DNA of 64,000 nt from Mytilus trossulus (GCF_036588685.1 NC_086373.1:30814001-30878000), one strand, 5' to 3'. Counted from the stretch's first letter, positions 1-14,606 are shown. The notes: generated from the letters alone by a model not told the origin. Made by a program: numbers and translations.

Positions 1-75
1 GTACAGGCCATATTAAGAAAAAATGTCATGGGTTAGGTTATTTTAAAGTGCTATACATTAAGAAATAACACTTAC

Positions 76-208
76 TTGCTTTCTTCTTTGGCCATTCTTC
101 AAATGTAATCTTTATATCATCATAATCCTGCCCTGCTGCTGCTAACAGCAATCGAATTAGCTCAGCCCTACCACGAGCAGGGAAATAATACAATTTGTAA
201 CTCGGCAT
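76..208 (-). CDS. Glutathione S-transferase, sigma class, paralogue 2: coding exon 1 only (gene continues beyond the left edge)
   Basis: ATG at 208 reads [44 protein letters not shown], then a phase-1 donor GTAAGT (75-70). The exon is 133 bp, same length and phase as exon 1 at 9507-9639, with 35/44 aa identical. Tyr8, Arg14 and Trp39 of the sigma-class G-site are present. Confidence 0.9.
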
Positions 209-1794
209 TTTGTTCAGTTAGTAGTTTTAAATTGTGAATGAGAAAAATCTACGAGTACTATTATCTGAGAGTGTCCTATATGATACCTTTGTAGGTTAAT
301 GATAACGGACTTGTGTGTAGTGATAACAGAATATTATCAAAGATAAACAATAATCAACTTTTAAAGACACCTATGTATACATTAATCCGGTTGTTTCAAG
401 TTCAAACTATTGTGGATATCAATCCACTTGATCTTTGACTTTTTAATTTTCATTTTGTACACACCCAACTTCTTTTATTTAAAGATAGGATTATAGACAC
501 GAAGAATTCAGTAATTTTAAAGACAACAAAATTGTTATTGTTTTTTTTTTATAAATATTTTTACACCTATGATAGCTTTCAAGCCAATCAGATCAAATTA
601 TGATTTTATTCAACTTTAAATACAATAAATCCTCCTAAAATATGTTATCAATCTACTAACACGGGTTATAAAAATTTCTTTCTCTTTTTAACGTCAAAGA
701 TACAAGGCTTACAGTTTTTATACGTCAGACGTCAGACAGTTGATTCTTCTACTTAAACGCACCAATGGTATTCGCGAAGTAAGAAACGAAAAACATATAA
801 GAAAGAGTGATATACAGTTAAAGCTGTAGCGGTTAGGTCATTATTAACAGCTTTAGTACAATAAATTTATATTCAAGTGTTAAAAAAAGTGTAATGAATT
901 TACTTTTCAAACCTGAATATTTCCGAAATGTTACCATTTTCTACATTTGAAAATGCCTGTACCAAATCAGGAAAATGACAGTTCTTGTCCATTCGTTTTT
1001 GATATTTGATTTTTCCATGCGATTATGGACCTTCCAAATTGATTTTCCTCTAAGTTCAGTATTTTTGTGATTTAACTTTTTACATGTAAAACCCATGCAT
1101 AACTCATCCTCATTTTTTTTAATAGATTATAAGATTCAGTCATATATGATTGTACTGAATTCTGTGAATACATTCACCCGATATGCAAATCCACACTTAG
1201 TCAAACTGTTCCAATCGGGAATAGGACTCTATCAGGAAAACAATAGTTTTTGACTGCAATGTTCATTAATTTCGCATTGGTTTCGACTCCAAACGTTAAT
1301 TTTTCGAGCGCCACTGTTTAGCCTCGTATGGACAAAAAGGCGCGTTTAGCTAACACATCATTAACCTTGTATATTTGATGAACTTTTATTGATTTTTTCA
1401 TTTATATTTTACAAATATGACTGTAAAAATATACAATGCTAATGGCTATTTCTATGTCTTGACTAAATTGTATTAAAAGCCACCTCTTTCCTGTTCGTGA
1501 CAGTGTGAGACACAGACGTGTATTTCATGTTGTTATCTCATATGTGTTTTGAATTCATATTTTGACAAAACTCCTATTTACATATAAATAGCGCTTTACT
1601 AAGATCAAATACTCATCGTCGGATACGACACAAGAGATCATAAAATTTAATAAATGTGTATAAACTAAACTTTAGATGATATTTCTACCCGTATTCCGAG
1701 ATAAAATTGTTCAAATGAAAGATAACAATTATATTTTACTGATGGTCATTCTCTTAAAATTGAAAAGATGATACCAACTAGGATCAAAAATTAA

Positions 1795-2125
1795 TTATGG
1801 GTTTTGCAGAATCCAAAAGAAACGTAACAGGGTCAAACGTCCAAAGAATTAAAAAAATCCGTCTAAATGTTACACTCATGAATGATGAATAGGACACCAA
1901 AAGTTTTACTGATAAGAGACTGTTCTACTAAATAAAGATCTAATACCGCGAAAACAAGTCGCTGTTGAATTGACTGTTCTGCTATATAAATATGTACGAC
2001 CGCGAAAACATAACACTGTTGAGTAAAGATATATTCAAAGTGTATTGCTTAACAAAATTTAGTTATGGGTTTTGCAGAATCCAAAAGAAACGCAACAGGG
2101 TCAAACGTCATAAGAATTAAAAAAA
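1795..2125. repeat. Local direct repeat of ~60 bp (TTATGGGTTTTGCAGAATCCAAAAGAAACG.AACAGGGTCAAACGTC...) at ~1795 and ~2063
   Basis: Two near-identical copies 268 bp apart, seen directly. Confidence 0.8.
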
Positions 2126-2453
2126 TGAAAAAAACGTATCACTGTTGAGTTGAGACATATTCAAATTGTATTGGTCAACCAGTTCTATAATGAAGAACGT
2201 CACCCGTATGCAGTATCGATTTCAGATCTTCTTCATAACTCTGATAGAGTAGGTTTTGTGTAAAGAGCACACGCCAATTAATGGAATCCGTATAGAATTA
2301 CGATTGACATGATTTTTTTGTTTTTCATTACATAGGTAAACGCTTCACAGATGTAATGTAAATGCTGAGAATTGATAGGGTTGACAAATTGAAAGTTGAA
2401 ATCATTGTCTAAGGTTCGAGTTTGAATTCGTTCATCTTTGTCAATAGCGAGGA

Positions 2454-2925
2454 ATAAACTCATCAAATGTACCAGGATTGAAATTTTGTATTTCGCCTAC
2501 AAAAGACTCATTGAGAGACGCTCGAATAAAAAATAAAGATAAAAGGTTCATATAAAGTACGAATTTGATGTGCATTAAGATCGGAAATCCCTAAAAGTTT
2601 TGACGAATAAAGCTATCGTAATCTATCCAGAGCACCTGAGATCATCCCTAGTTTTTGGTGGGGTTTGTGTTGCTTATTCTTTAGTTTTCTATGTTGTGTC
2701 ATATGTACTATTGTTTGTCTGTTTGTCATTTTCATTTTTAGCCATGACGTTGTCAGTTTATTTTCGATTTATGAGTTTGACTGTCCCTCTGGTTTCTTTA
2801 GTCTCTCTTCTATTCCTGAGGTAGAAAAGCCATAGTATTTAAAAAAAATACAAGTTTTGTAAACAGTTAATTTATAATTATGACCAATCAATGATAATTG
2901 ATGTGAGAACAGAAGTGCTGACTGA
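2454..2925 (-). mobile_element. Degenerate retrozyme-type repeat interrupted by a Penelope-like 3' repeat (2622-2810, + strand)
   Basis: Matches the copies at 25670-25852 and 41478-41622, but the hammerhead is partly deleted. The insert matches 18650-18835 and is flanked by a CTAT duplication. Confidence 0.7.
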
Positions 2926-3733
2926 ACAGATCAAGATACGAAGCAAACATAATTTCAGAGCGATAAAACGTCGCAAATGATATTACCACAAGCCTTTGCG
3001 TTTCGAAAATTTTTGAGATCGAGTCAAACCATTCTTTTCATAGCATAGTTACATTATGTTCTTTTTTAGCGGTTAGTTTAAGATTTCCATATATGCGTTA
3101 GGTTTTGGTCAACCATAAAACCAGTTTCAATTTACAAGTTCTTCTAAAAATGTCAAGCAACAAGTCCGAATGTAGCAGTTGTTATCAAATATTCCCTTTC
3201 TATGTATGATGGCGTTTGTGTTTGTTGCTGTTCAGTGTTTCTGTTGTTTTCCGTGTTTTTCTACTTATAATTGTTGTGTTTTTATCGGTTTAAGTTTGTA
3301 GCCCGGATTTGTTTTTCTAAATCAATTAATGGCTATTGAAAGGAAGTTTATAGTTAGCCTCTGAATATGAATAATATCGGAATATGTGTTTCATTGACGC
3401 ATATTATTTTTTCCTCATCTTCTTCTAATGATTAAGAAACATTTTTGAATGATTATACGACTTTAATATGTTTATAGTGTATAACTTGTTTTGGTTATAT
3501 AATCTTGTCAGAATATAATAAATAGCGTTATAATGCACAAAAAATACATCCAAATTCAATCACTCTAGCACACAAGTGTTATGACTTGTTATAAAAACTA
3601 TTGGACATCAGTATATATGCCAATATCATTTTAAACAACCATCACTTTAAGGGTCTTTTGTCATCCCAAAAATCACACATTTTCAGAAACATATTTATCA
3701 AAATAGTTAAAGGAGTTATATATTGTTATTTGA

Positions 3734-6700
3734 TTAAACATCCGTCTTGGGACGTTTTTCTAGATATTCCTTTATCTTTGGCAAAGCTGCAACTCTTTTT
3801 CTATGTTCAACAAGCTTTGGAAATCCATCCAATATTTTTGAGTCTCTAAGAACAACATTTGTTAGAACTTCATAAACAGCAAGATCTGCCATGGTCATCT
3901 GAAACATAAAAAAATCATCTTTTGTACAGGAAAAAGAAATTAAATGATAAAAAGAAACATAGCAATGTAGCATGTTTTAATAATATTAACGGATATTTTT
4001 GTACACAATATTCATATCCATGTCTTATACAAAACTCAACAATAAACATCAATCTTTTGTTCTAATATTAAGAAAATTCTTACATCTTCAAACGTAACAA
4101 TAAATAAATTTCGAATACGAGAGAACAGATATATATTCATCTTACAATAAAAAAGATATCGCTGGATGTCTACTCCTTTCTCTTGCATTTCTCATTGAAT
4201 TTTATAAAGTTTACCTTATTAGTATTTCCGCTTGACCAGAACTGCTATTTGTTTACTGATTTACGGTGAGTACTATGATTCCCCGTCTGTCTCTGTTTTT
4301 TTTAACTTATAAATGGTTCTTTCTACATTATAACATAATACTTTCAGGTTACTTACCGACGAACCTACAAAGAAACCATTTCCACCATCATTTTGTTCGA
4401 GCCATTTGTTAAAACAGGCCAATGTTTTAGGTGTAGATTCCTTTAAATATTTCTCTATTGCATCCTATAAAAGCATGAAGTGAAAATTTCAAAAAAGAAT
4501 CAAAGTTTGAATACTAAACGAATTAGTAACTATAATTATATGAACAATCATTTGACCATTATTAAATATGTCGATATAACATCAAAACCATTACATCTTT
4601 TGTTTGTATGTCCCTCAACTCGGCGACTGTAGGAATCAGAACTGTAATAGCTACCCAGATGTTGGGTTAGGTCTTAAAAGATATCAGTGAAGAAGCACGA
4701 GGATTCACTGAAATGAAGGGATTGTTAGTACTCAAAAACATAGAATCATGCATTATGACAAAATTACATTTACACGGTAAAAGGTATACTACAATCTATT
4801 ATGGAATGTCTCATCCTACCATGATCGTATTCTCGTAAACATATTTCTAACAGCCAAAAATATGCATGTATCATAAGACAAGGGAGATTTCCTAAATCTT
4901 TCATCAGCAAGGTTTTATTCACCAATTCAACATATGACAAAGGATCCCAATCAATTATCATAGGTCTAGCAACAGCCATGATCATTCATATAAACTTCGT
5001 ACCACACAACAAACGAGAGGTGCATAATACATTGTATTATAAAACAATATGATTTTCCAGTTTGGGGAATACGTGTACCTTCTTTGTTTCCTCTGGAGCA
5101 AAATAACACTTAAAGTATTCCCCTAAGTAATCACTCGTTGTATCTACCACCTGGTCAACCAAGGCTTGCTCCATGTTACTTTTGCCTGCATATCCTGCGT
5201 TAGAAATATAAGTTTCAACACAAATCCTTTTTTTTTATCGTTATAGTGAGTCAAGGTCATCATATAATGCCCTTTAAGCAATTCATGGTTGTAATCATAT
5301 AGAGAAAAAAGAAATTAAAAAAAAGCGTTTTATTAATTCAAATGAAAGATTTGACCAGTTGGTTCGTTGCAAGATTATGCAAGTGCACAATAACTTTTCG
5401 TTCCAGATAATAATGTTTTCCCGAATCTTCATAGTGAAAGCACAGCTTTAGCTGCAAAAGGACTTCCTGTGTTAAATTGCATTGTCTATATTTAAAGAAG
5501 TGCAACATGAAACTATATAAATAAAAAATGAATGCTGTTTGACGATAATAATTATTTTGTGGAAAAAAGTTCCACCAAGACAAGGACATACAGATACCAG
5601 AATAATGAAAAATAAAACTCGTACGAAGTTAACTCTATGAAATCAAGTTTGATCTTTGATGTGTAACTATTCTTTTGTCTACTTAGTAATTGATACGTGC
5701 ATTGCACTAAGTAAATATCTTGTAATCTGATAGTATAGACGTAGATAAAAATTATATCACTAAGAAAATATACAGTAGATAAATATGAAAAGAAATTATA
5801 TCCCCATGAAAATATACAGTAGATATGATATGATATGAAATTATATCACTAAGAAAATATACATTACATTGAATCCTTTGAAAGCAACCTTTGTAAAGCT
5901 TGTGTAGAGATTTTTGCACAATCTATCGATATTTCTCTCAAGAAGTTATTCGAGATGAAGCAATAATGCAATTATGATACTTTATTTTACTGATGTTATT
6001 AAACTCAAACTATGCTAAATAAACCAGCTTAAGTAGTCTGACATCACTTATAATTATACTGATTTATAATTAAAAAAGAACTAAAAACATTTGGCCACAT
6101 ACCATATTCTCTAGCTAAATATCTGGCAATGGTTAAACTCTGACATAACAGTTGACCATCAACATCTAAAGTTGGCATCTGTCCAGTTGGTATTGCTGTA
6201 ATAGACAAAATACCAATATGTACCGTATGCACCTGTAGTGACACCCATCATTTCATTTTTGGAAAACAAAAGCTCTGGTAAAGTAGTAATATATTATGTT
6301 AATTGGAAGTAATATAATATTTTTTCAAGTGTATTGGTGCTTCTTCTTCACAAGAAAAAATGGAATAAAAAAAAATACATACAATGAACAAATACTATGA
6401 AAATAGTTAAGCCCATTAAGGAAAAGTAGAATAAAGGTCTTTAGAGAATATATTCCTACAATGTCATAAACAAATTCTCAGAATCATACTAATGGTAAAT
6501 GTGAGTATCAGTGATTTTTCACCTTTTCAATTGACGCAGTAATTAAATAAAATAAGACATAACAGTCAATCTGTTGACAATTAGGATCATTGTAGATGCA
6601 AGAACAAACCAAAGAGATACATTAACGAATAAAGATCTACTAGTAATAGTTAAGGCAAAGTCGTATAACATAAAGTTTTATTGTGATAACGTCTATTTTA

Positions 6701-9639
6701 CGAAAATGGAAGGAATCACAGTAATTTAAATTATATCTAATTTTATCAGTATTCACGTGTTAATGATGATGCAAATAATTAATGAACAATTTGGATAAAT
6801 CTTCATGTATTGATTAACAACACTATTAAACCAATTGTGAACTTAACCAGGAATTTTCACCGAATAGCGCTTTAAAGGCGGAACATAAATTATTCAGTTG
6901 TGTTTAGTCTTTGTGTTGATTTTCAGACACTTAGTTCTGATACTGATAAGTCAATAAGTGAATTAACAGAAATATTGAACTCGACAGAAAATTCAAAATG
7001 GAAAGTCTCTAATCAAACAGCAAAATCAAAAGCTCAAACACATCCATCGAATGGATAACAACTGTCATATTCTTGACTTTTAAAATTTGATAAATCTGTA
7101 TTCAGATTTTTAAGTAACCTGTTAGTCACCTGTACACAAAACCAATACACTGAGAGGTCTGCAAAAAGTAATGAATAGTTCTGTACAAACTGCAATCAAC
7201 TCCCTGAACAACACTAAATTTAAAACAATATTTATCTGACCGATAACTTTAATTCAAATATGATGTGCTTCTTTCGCTTTGTAAACAACACCGTGATATT
7301 CTCCATATATCTATACTTAGCGCAGAGACATACATAATAGTTGCTGTCACTATATACTTTCCACGTAAATCCACATGTATTGGAACCTATTTTCAAACCA
7401 TTTTCCGATATTATTGTTTTAAAAATTGCAGTTAAAAAAGACAAAATAACTTTTATTCTTATTCGGATGCATAATAAAAAGTCGTAATGCATAAGAACTC
7501 GGAGAAATCAACAAAATAAAAATCAAATCAAATTTCGCGAAAGTCTTTTAATGTTTTTGACGCATTTAAGTCATTTCAAAACATTTCATACAAATGAAAA
7601 CGCTACAGTTGAACGTTTCTGATACGTGAACCATCGAAATTCGTATAATATTGTATAAAAATCGATTTGTAAGGTAGGTTTTGTTTTGTTTTCTATTCTA
7701 TTGCATTTTTCGCATATTTACTGATTTCAGCAAGTCACCATGGCGGCTCCTTATAGTTACGAAATGTCAACTTTGGATTTGACGGTAGCTCACAAGAAAA
7801 ACATGTGAATTAAAAATGGCAAATGATGGGTTAGAGAATTTAAAGAATTAAACAGATTTTTTTCTAGCAGTCATTCACAGAACAATCCATAAAAAGCTAC
7901 AGATTTTATGAATGTTTGAGCTTTTTTTAACCGGGAGTAAGACACTTACAGCCACACACACAGTATGCCTACCATCGCTTCAGTTTTTAAATGACCGTAT
8001 GTGTCCTATTAGAATCGAAATAATTCATAGAAGCCATAGATTGTTGGAAATTTACACTTGGCCTGTGCCGTGATATTCGTTAGTTTTATCCCTCGCTAAC
8101 GCTCATGATAAAATTCGAATACCATGGCCCAGGTTATGTGTAAATTTCCAACAATCTATGGCTTCCATAAATTATTTCTTAAACAAAACATACATTAATT
8201 AAGACTTTTCAGATCATGTTCATATTAAATTGATTGTTTCTATTACTAGTACAAAACTTATACTTGTAACACATAAGTTTAAGTATTCCAATATTGTTTT
8301 GTCATTAAGCATGACAATACGACACAATATATATCTCAAGCAAAGAAAGGTTTGCAAGGTGTGCGGGATTTTTCTCGCTGCGTTAAAGAGCTATTTGTGT
8401 TCTTCGGCTGTTGTTCTCTCTCACGCGGGTTGTTGTGTTTGACATATTCACCATTTTTATTTCCAATTTTAACATTTAAATTTTAAAAAAAGACGAAGGA
8501 AAAAAAAGAATACACAGAACGTTTTACTGAAAACATACAATTTGATTATTGAATAATTCTTATTTTTCCTACTACCACGAATGACGTTTTTGTGTAAGCT
8601 CGATAGAAGACATGATTATAAAAGATATGGACGTGTTTTAACTAGAAATGGAAAGACACACCACCAGTGCAACTGGACAAGTTTTAAATTATGGCTAGAC
8701 ATAGATATATGTGGATAATTCTATAGCTGGCCATAAACAATAGATGAATGCACAACAATAGGTGATTTTATATATGATTTTTAAATAGATAAGATAAAAT
8801 GTTTAAATACACTATAGTGACCTTGGTTTGTTATTTTATTATACACAAGATGTTGGTTACTTTTATATGTGTAGGTCCAACAATGTCTTAAGGTTCATCT
8901 TAATATGTGTTGATAACCGCAACATGCAGTGTGTCCACAGAAAAAAAGTAGTATTTTAAGGCATTTTAGCACTTATATAAAAACGAAATTAACGAATTGT
9001 GTGTTTCAGAAAAACTTTTTACTTTAGTTTCAGTAATTTAATCATTGTAAAATAAACAAACCTTTAAAGTCATTTTTACACTGTTCCCTCAGATACACTG
9101 TTCATATTAAATATCTATTGTTGAATGTATTCATTGTCCATGTAATTCGATACAATATTTATATAACACAATTGTAACATGTGGGGGAATCTAAAAGATT
9201 TTCCTCATTTATAAATCCCTCCTGTAACAAAAATAGCAAATATTCCAGAAATTGTGTGTCTTTCTTATCACACAATAAATTTATCTTTTATATAGGTGCT
9301 GTCATGCCCTAATATTTTCGAAGTTGCAACAGTTTATCTGTATTCCAAGTAAACCTTGTTTACAATTTTGCCATACAGTTACGATGAACCTAAAAAAAAT
9401 GGAAGTGAATATCTTTCATGAAATTTTATTGCATTAAATATAAGAGTTCATATCATACCTTATGATGTATTTAGTACATGTTGATATTAGAATAAACTGC
9501 ACTTACTTGATTTTTTCTTTGGCCATTCTTCAAAAGAAATCCTTATATCTTCATAGTCCTTCCCTGCTACAGCTAACAGTAATCGACTTAGTTCAGCTCT
9601 TCCTCGAACAGGGAAATAGTACAATTTGTAAGTCGGCAT
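3734..9639 (-). CDS. Glutathione S-transferase, sigma class (HPGDS/S-crystallin family), 204 aa; exons 9639-9507, 6195-6103, 5194-5079, 4464-4357, 3898-3734
   Basis: Five exons (133+93+116+108+165 = 615 nt) join in frame across GT-AG introns of phase 1,1,0,0. Protein: MPTYKLYYFPVRGRAELSR...EEWPKKKSTIPTGQMPTLDVDGQLLCQSLTIARYLAREYGYAGKSNMEQALVDQVVD...GFFVGSSMTMADLAVY...KRPKTDV*. It has Y8, R14, W39, cis-Pro52, Q63-S64 and the T-x-A-D N-capping box. Confidence 0.93.
5743..5862. repeat. Short minisatellite, ~3 copies of AAATTATATCACTAAGAAAATATACAGTAGAT, in GST intron 2
   Basis: Three imperfect ~45-bp-period copies seen directly. Confidence 0.75.
8017..8178. mobile_element. Palindromic foldback MITE in GST intron 1
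   Basis: GAAATAATTCATAGAAGCCATAGATTGTTGGAAATTTACAC... is inverse-complementary to ...GTGTAAATTTCCAACAATCTATGGCTTCCATAAATTATTTC. Confidence 0.75.
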
Positions 9640-9676
9640 TTTGTTGATAGAATTTAATACACCTGTGACTGTGAAC

Positions 9677-9682
9677 TTTATA
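9677..9682 (-). promoter_or_regulatory. Candidate TATA box (TATAAA) of the GST gene
   Basis: TATAAA on the - strand about 40 bp upstream of the ATG at 9639. Support is positional only. Confidence 0.35.
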
Positions 9683-10436
9683 TTTGGTATTGTTACGTAT
9701 CAATGGAGAAGACAATACCCTTCTCTGATTACAGTTTTTATAAATAGAATACCATTGTACAGGGGACCAGACCTAATCTTTTAAATGACAGATTGTACAA
9801 ATTTTAATAAAAAAAAAAAAACACGTAACATTCCTATATATCCTGTAACTGTTTCAGTCCTGTTAATTTTTTTTATAGGAATTCATAAAACTTTAAACAT
9901 TTGTCTTTTTTTCTTTTCTAGCCATGACGTTTTCAGTTTATTTTCGATCTATGGGTTTGAATGTCCATCTGATATCTTTCTTCCCTCTTTTTTTAACATA
10001 ATTGATAATTTTTGATATAGTATCAAATATTATGGAAGACTACCTGAGTAAATTGTCAATTTCTAATTTTGATTTAAAAAGGAAGTGAGTATGAAAATTG
10101 TCACAGTCATACTTATTACAGTGTACCAGGCATGTGTTGTGATGGTATTTCTGACGAAGACCAGTTGTTATAAAAGGAATTTCTTCGTCAATTGTTGTGA
10201 CGAAGGATTTTTATATATACTTCACATGGAGGTCACTTGTTACCATGTTGTAACTATGGTTGTCTTTGGTGGTTTTTAAATTGATTACATGGTGTTGTTT
10301 TGCCTCCTTTCGTTTGCTCGAGTTCTTCTACGGTTTTTGTAGGTAGAAGGATGTTTGGACATCTGGGGACTACATGTCGTTGTTGTGGACTGGCTTGGCA
10401 GCGAGTGGGACTCGCGCCTTCTTACCCTTTTTAATG

Positions 10437-10734
10437 AAATAAATAAGACAACTCAATTTGCTGGTTGGAACAAGGATTGTAATGTGTGTAATGTCTCTTT
10501 TCTTTTTGATCGTTAAATATTACAGTGCATAAATCATACAGATTAACAATAAGATTATCATTTGACAATAACAAATATATTTCTATTTCAAATATTGCTC
10601 GAATTAAACTTATTATATTTACTGAATTATTTCCTATAAATTTGCAATTAATTTATTTCATTTAATTACTTTAAGTAAATAAATAAGACAACTCAATTTG
10701 CTGGTTGGAACAAGGATTGTATTGTGTGTAATGT
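10437..10734. repeat. 58-bp direct repeat (AAATAAATAAGACAACTCAATTTGCTGGTTGGAACAAGGATTGTA.TGTGTGTAATGT), 240 bp apart
   Basis: Copies at ~10437 and ~10677 differ by one base. Confidence 0.85.
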
Positions 10735-11369
10735 ACGGGCAGTAGACTTATATTTGCTTTTATAGTCACTACTCATTACGCGACATTCCTGTTCCCCAGA
10801 CAAGATTGAGCTTCTTTTGCAAAGGATAGAATTTGTTGCCAAAACATATATTGCTTCATAATATGCAAAATGTATTTATTTGTTTTTGAAAAGCATTTGG
10901 ACTTTTATTTCTTAAACTAAATAAAATAATATTTTTGGAAGAATTTCAATTTCTGATCTTTATAATAATTGATAATTAAAGATTTGTTAAATTTTAATTA
11001 ATATCTTGTGTACGTCAATCTTCGTATCTAAACTTTTTGATTGGTTATTAATAGCATTCGTGTGTGCCTTAATGTTTTACTGAATATTCATGATTCTGAG
11101 AATATGGCTATAACCTTGGATGTAATATCAATTCGACATACATCTGTCCGTCGACCTAGCAACCTTCTAAACGCGTACCAAATAACTAATGAGGTTCTTG
11201 ACTTGTACTATTTTTGCTTATCATGCATCTAAGATAATGCTTGTTATTCGCTATCTTCTTTATGTGTTTTCTTCTTACTTTATTTTCCTATATCAACGAA
11301 TCATTTGACATTTATATTATATTTTACTTGGAACTATCTTAATAACCTATAAACCTATATTTTTGTTTA

Positions 11370-12480
11370 AATAAGATCTACTTTATTTCAATTTCTAATT
11401 ATTTCTAAAAGTGTCCTAAATCCTTTCATAACACATGACTTTAGGGATTATGCATCATTTCAGATATTTAGCCCATTATCGTCTATGTGTGAATAGCTCG
11501 ACACTTTTCTACATTAAATACGTTTACCATATCTTACTATACGTTTGACTTGAAAACAATGCCTGTATGACCTTTCGCTATGCTCTCGTATGATTACTCT
11601 TAAAATCAAAATCATGAAAGGAAATATGAGTTGACACAAGAAGTGAAATAAAACGATAAAATTAGGAAAATAAAAAAACATGGTTCAGAACAAACAGCAA
11701 ATGACTAAAATTTCATTCTACACTGTACTTGTATTGTCGGAATAATTTTGTAGTTTTTGTTCGCTACGTTTCCCTTTTTCGTTATATACATTTCTATTGT
11801 CCTGCATAGAACCATAAATTTCTTTATTCCACATATTTAGATAAACCAAGTGGTATATATACCATCAGCCAACTGTGAAATTTTTATTTCAGTATCCCCA
11901 ATTTTTATACAAGATATCTGATCGTTCTTCCGAATACTCATTGCCACTAGATCAACGGCCAAAATGAACAAAAGAGGAGACAAAGGATATCCTTGTAGAA
12001 CAGGTCTCTTAATTTTGAATGGACTAGAACTAAATCCATTGTTCACGACTAGCTAGACTAAATATATTTTAGCATAAAGTTAATGCCCATTTCCGGAACT
12101 TGCTACCAAAATTAAAACAAACAAATTTTGGAATAAATTTCCATTCTAGCGTATCAAACGCCTTTTCGAAATCGACTAGAAATATAAGCCCTGGATAATT
12201 TTTGAAGTAGTAAACAATATAATATCCGAAACGAGTCGTAGATTTTCACCAATGTAACTTCCAGCTCATATCCCGTCTGGTCCGGATCTATAATTTTAGA
12301 AGAAATAATTTCATTCTTTCCGCAATAACTTTGGCTAATAATTCGTAATAAAAGATTTAAGAAAGAAATTGGACGCCAGTTTGACAATAGTGTTCTATCA
12401 TTATCTGTATTTGGAAAAAAGAGTCAGAATACCCCGTCTTTGCTCTATTGAGAGGGTTCCTGTCTCGAAGGATTATTCAT
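11370..12480 (-). mobile_element. Decayed L1/Tx1-type LINE reverse transcriptase fragment
   Basis: Frameshifted pieces NWRPISFLN, IIDPDQTGY, DFEKAFD (12153-12175), QGYPLSPLLFILAVD and IKISQLAD occur in RT motif order. Confidence 0.8.
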
Positions 12481-12689
12481 AGCTTCTCAATAGCATATAT
12501 ATATCCTTTTCCAGATCTGTAAGCTTATGAATAAAATTTAAATAAAAAAATCAGAATAACCTAAATATGTTTTAGGTCTTCTTTTGATAAGTACAGATTT
12601 TCATATTAATTTCTCTCTTCGTTAAGACTATTTTCTTATGATACAATTTCAATGCCGTTTACAACTAATTTGTTTATTCATTTTGTTCA

Positions 12690-12890
12690 TAACTGCGTTT
12701 TTCTAATGCACTTCTTTCATTGCCTTCGCAGTGTTCGGTATTTTGTTTTTTGTTGCACTGCAATGTGTCGTTGTTTACCTCTTATAGTTAATGTGTATCC
12801 CTCAGTTTTAGTGTGTAACCCGAATTTTGTTTTCTCTTAATCGATTTATGACTATTGATCAGTGGTACACTACTGTTGCCTTTATTTATT
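12690..12890 (+). repeat. Interspersed repeat ending ...TACTACTGTTGCCTTTATT (further copies at ~3130-3350, 28380-28560, 29305-29790, 43475-43720, 50930-51120)
   Basis: Recurrent 5'-truncated copies share the same 3' end, as expected for retroelement tails. Confidence 0.65.
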
Positions 12891-14606
12891 TCTAGGGTAA
12901 CACTTTGAAATTTGAACTAAATTTTACGATAAAATTTGTGTCCTTTTCTGTAAAATAAAGATAAAACATCATATGCATTCGTTTTGTGTATTATCTCAAA
13001 TGCATATTTCACTGTGTTTTTATGCGATTTGTTGCATTTTCTATATTTTGTAAATAGTCAATTTCGATGTACCCCAGTGTCCTTAAATCTTAAACATAAA
13101 CTTCAACTTTCTTTTAAATTGGAAAAAGGTTCGAAATAGTTGTCTATAGAATTATCACAACCACTTTATAAGTTTAATTCAGGCCTTTATTTGGCTTCTC
13201 AGAAAAAAACATTCTTAACTTGTAGAGAGGGTGAATTCACACTTTCGATCGCAAAGTGTTTTATACATTTGATTTAAAAAAAAACAACAACACTTAAGTG
13301 ATGCAGTATATAGCTATTTATCATTGCTGTCCGAAGATAATTGACGTCAATTCGGATGTACTTTATCAAAAGAGAAGTTGCATCCTATTGTGAAGACCCC
13401 TCATTCAATTTGTGTTTGTTATCTAACTCAATTTATTTGGTTTGAACATCGAAAACCTACTGTGAGCTATTTTTATATAACTACCCTATTCGATAACTAA
13501 CATAATACGAACCTATTTACCAACCACGTTATAAAATACCAATCCTTCAAATCAGTGTTGAATTGCAGGTATATGCAATATGTTTGCATTATAGAAAGAA
13601 TAAAAGAACATTCGTACTCGATAAAAACAGTAGAAAAGCCCCACCGACAAGCCACGCTTCTTTCAAGTTTCTTCGACTATTTCTCAAAACAATGTAAACC
13701 TTCCCTAAACGTAAGTATATTGTTTATGAATAAGCTAATATAATTTATGAAAATTAACAGGTATAAATATATGTCATGTTTCAATTTTTTAAAATGCACA
13801 GTAAAATCAAGTATTTCTAAACAAATTATAAAGTTACCACAGAGCTTTCGATTTTGCCATAGCATTAAAGGCTTTCCGTTTGAATTTTTCTCGGAGCTCG
13901 GTACTTTTGTTGAATTACTTTTTTTTTCTATTCAACATTACAGATTTATTAAATAAAGATTTCAGTTTGACATAACTGATAAAAACATAAGTCATTTTGT
14001 GCAAACAAATACTTGTATTTTAACCATATGTTCAAAACAATATGTACATAAATTAATGACAGTTGTAATTATACACCAGATGCTTCACTGTTGTACCAGA
14101 TGACCAAGTCGTCTATATTGCTTACTTAACAATTTAGATACGGGTTGCTTTGCGTTGTTGAATTATCAGGTAAAGTTCTTAATACTTGTTTTCTTTATCA
14201 GTAAGAGTAAAGAGTTCTTTAAAATTTTATTAAACTAAAATTTTACTATTTTTTGTTTTGTTTGGGGTTTTTTTTTGAGAAAAAAAATAACTCTGTATGA
14301 TTGAATAGCTTTTAACCTCAGAACACCTTTCATGTTGTTTTTTTCATCTCTTTTTTTTCTAAGTTGAACAAAGTCGATAACATAAAGTAAAGCTATTTGA
14401 GGCTACGTGATGACAAAATGTGATATAAATTAAAGGACAGCCTGACCGTCAGTGACGTATACAAAACATTTAAACCACAAACAACATCAACACCTGAATT
14501 GCATGTACATGGGTGTGGACAGGCACATGATGAACATGACATGGTTAAAACATGTTTTTGATCCCTTAATCAGCGTCTTAATTGAGACCGCTGAAATTGT
14601 CAATAC

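Noticed and set aside
2600-2824. Hydrophobic ORFs 2600-2824, 16799-17032 and 18621-18857 as a small membrane protein family
   Set aside because: They are translations of the same T-rich retroelement 3' repeat.
9660-9680. Antioxidant response element upstream of the GST
   Set aside because: TGACTGTGA lacks the terminal GC of the TGACnnnGC consensus.
10130-10215. CTGACGAAGACC as another hammerhead
   Set aside because: No complementary stem II or GAAA follows. At best it is a broken remnant.
14040-14169. Candidate 5'UTR exon of Tyr-A (donor CAG|GTAAAG at 14170)
   Set aside because: Plausible, but non-coding and competing with other donors such as ~13710. It cannot be supported without transcripts.
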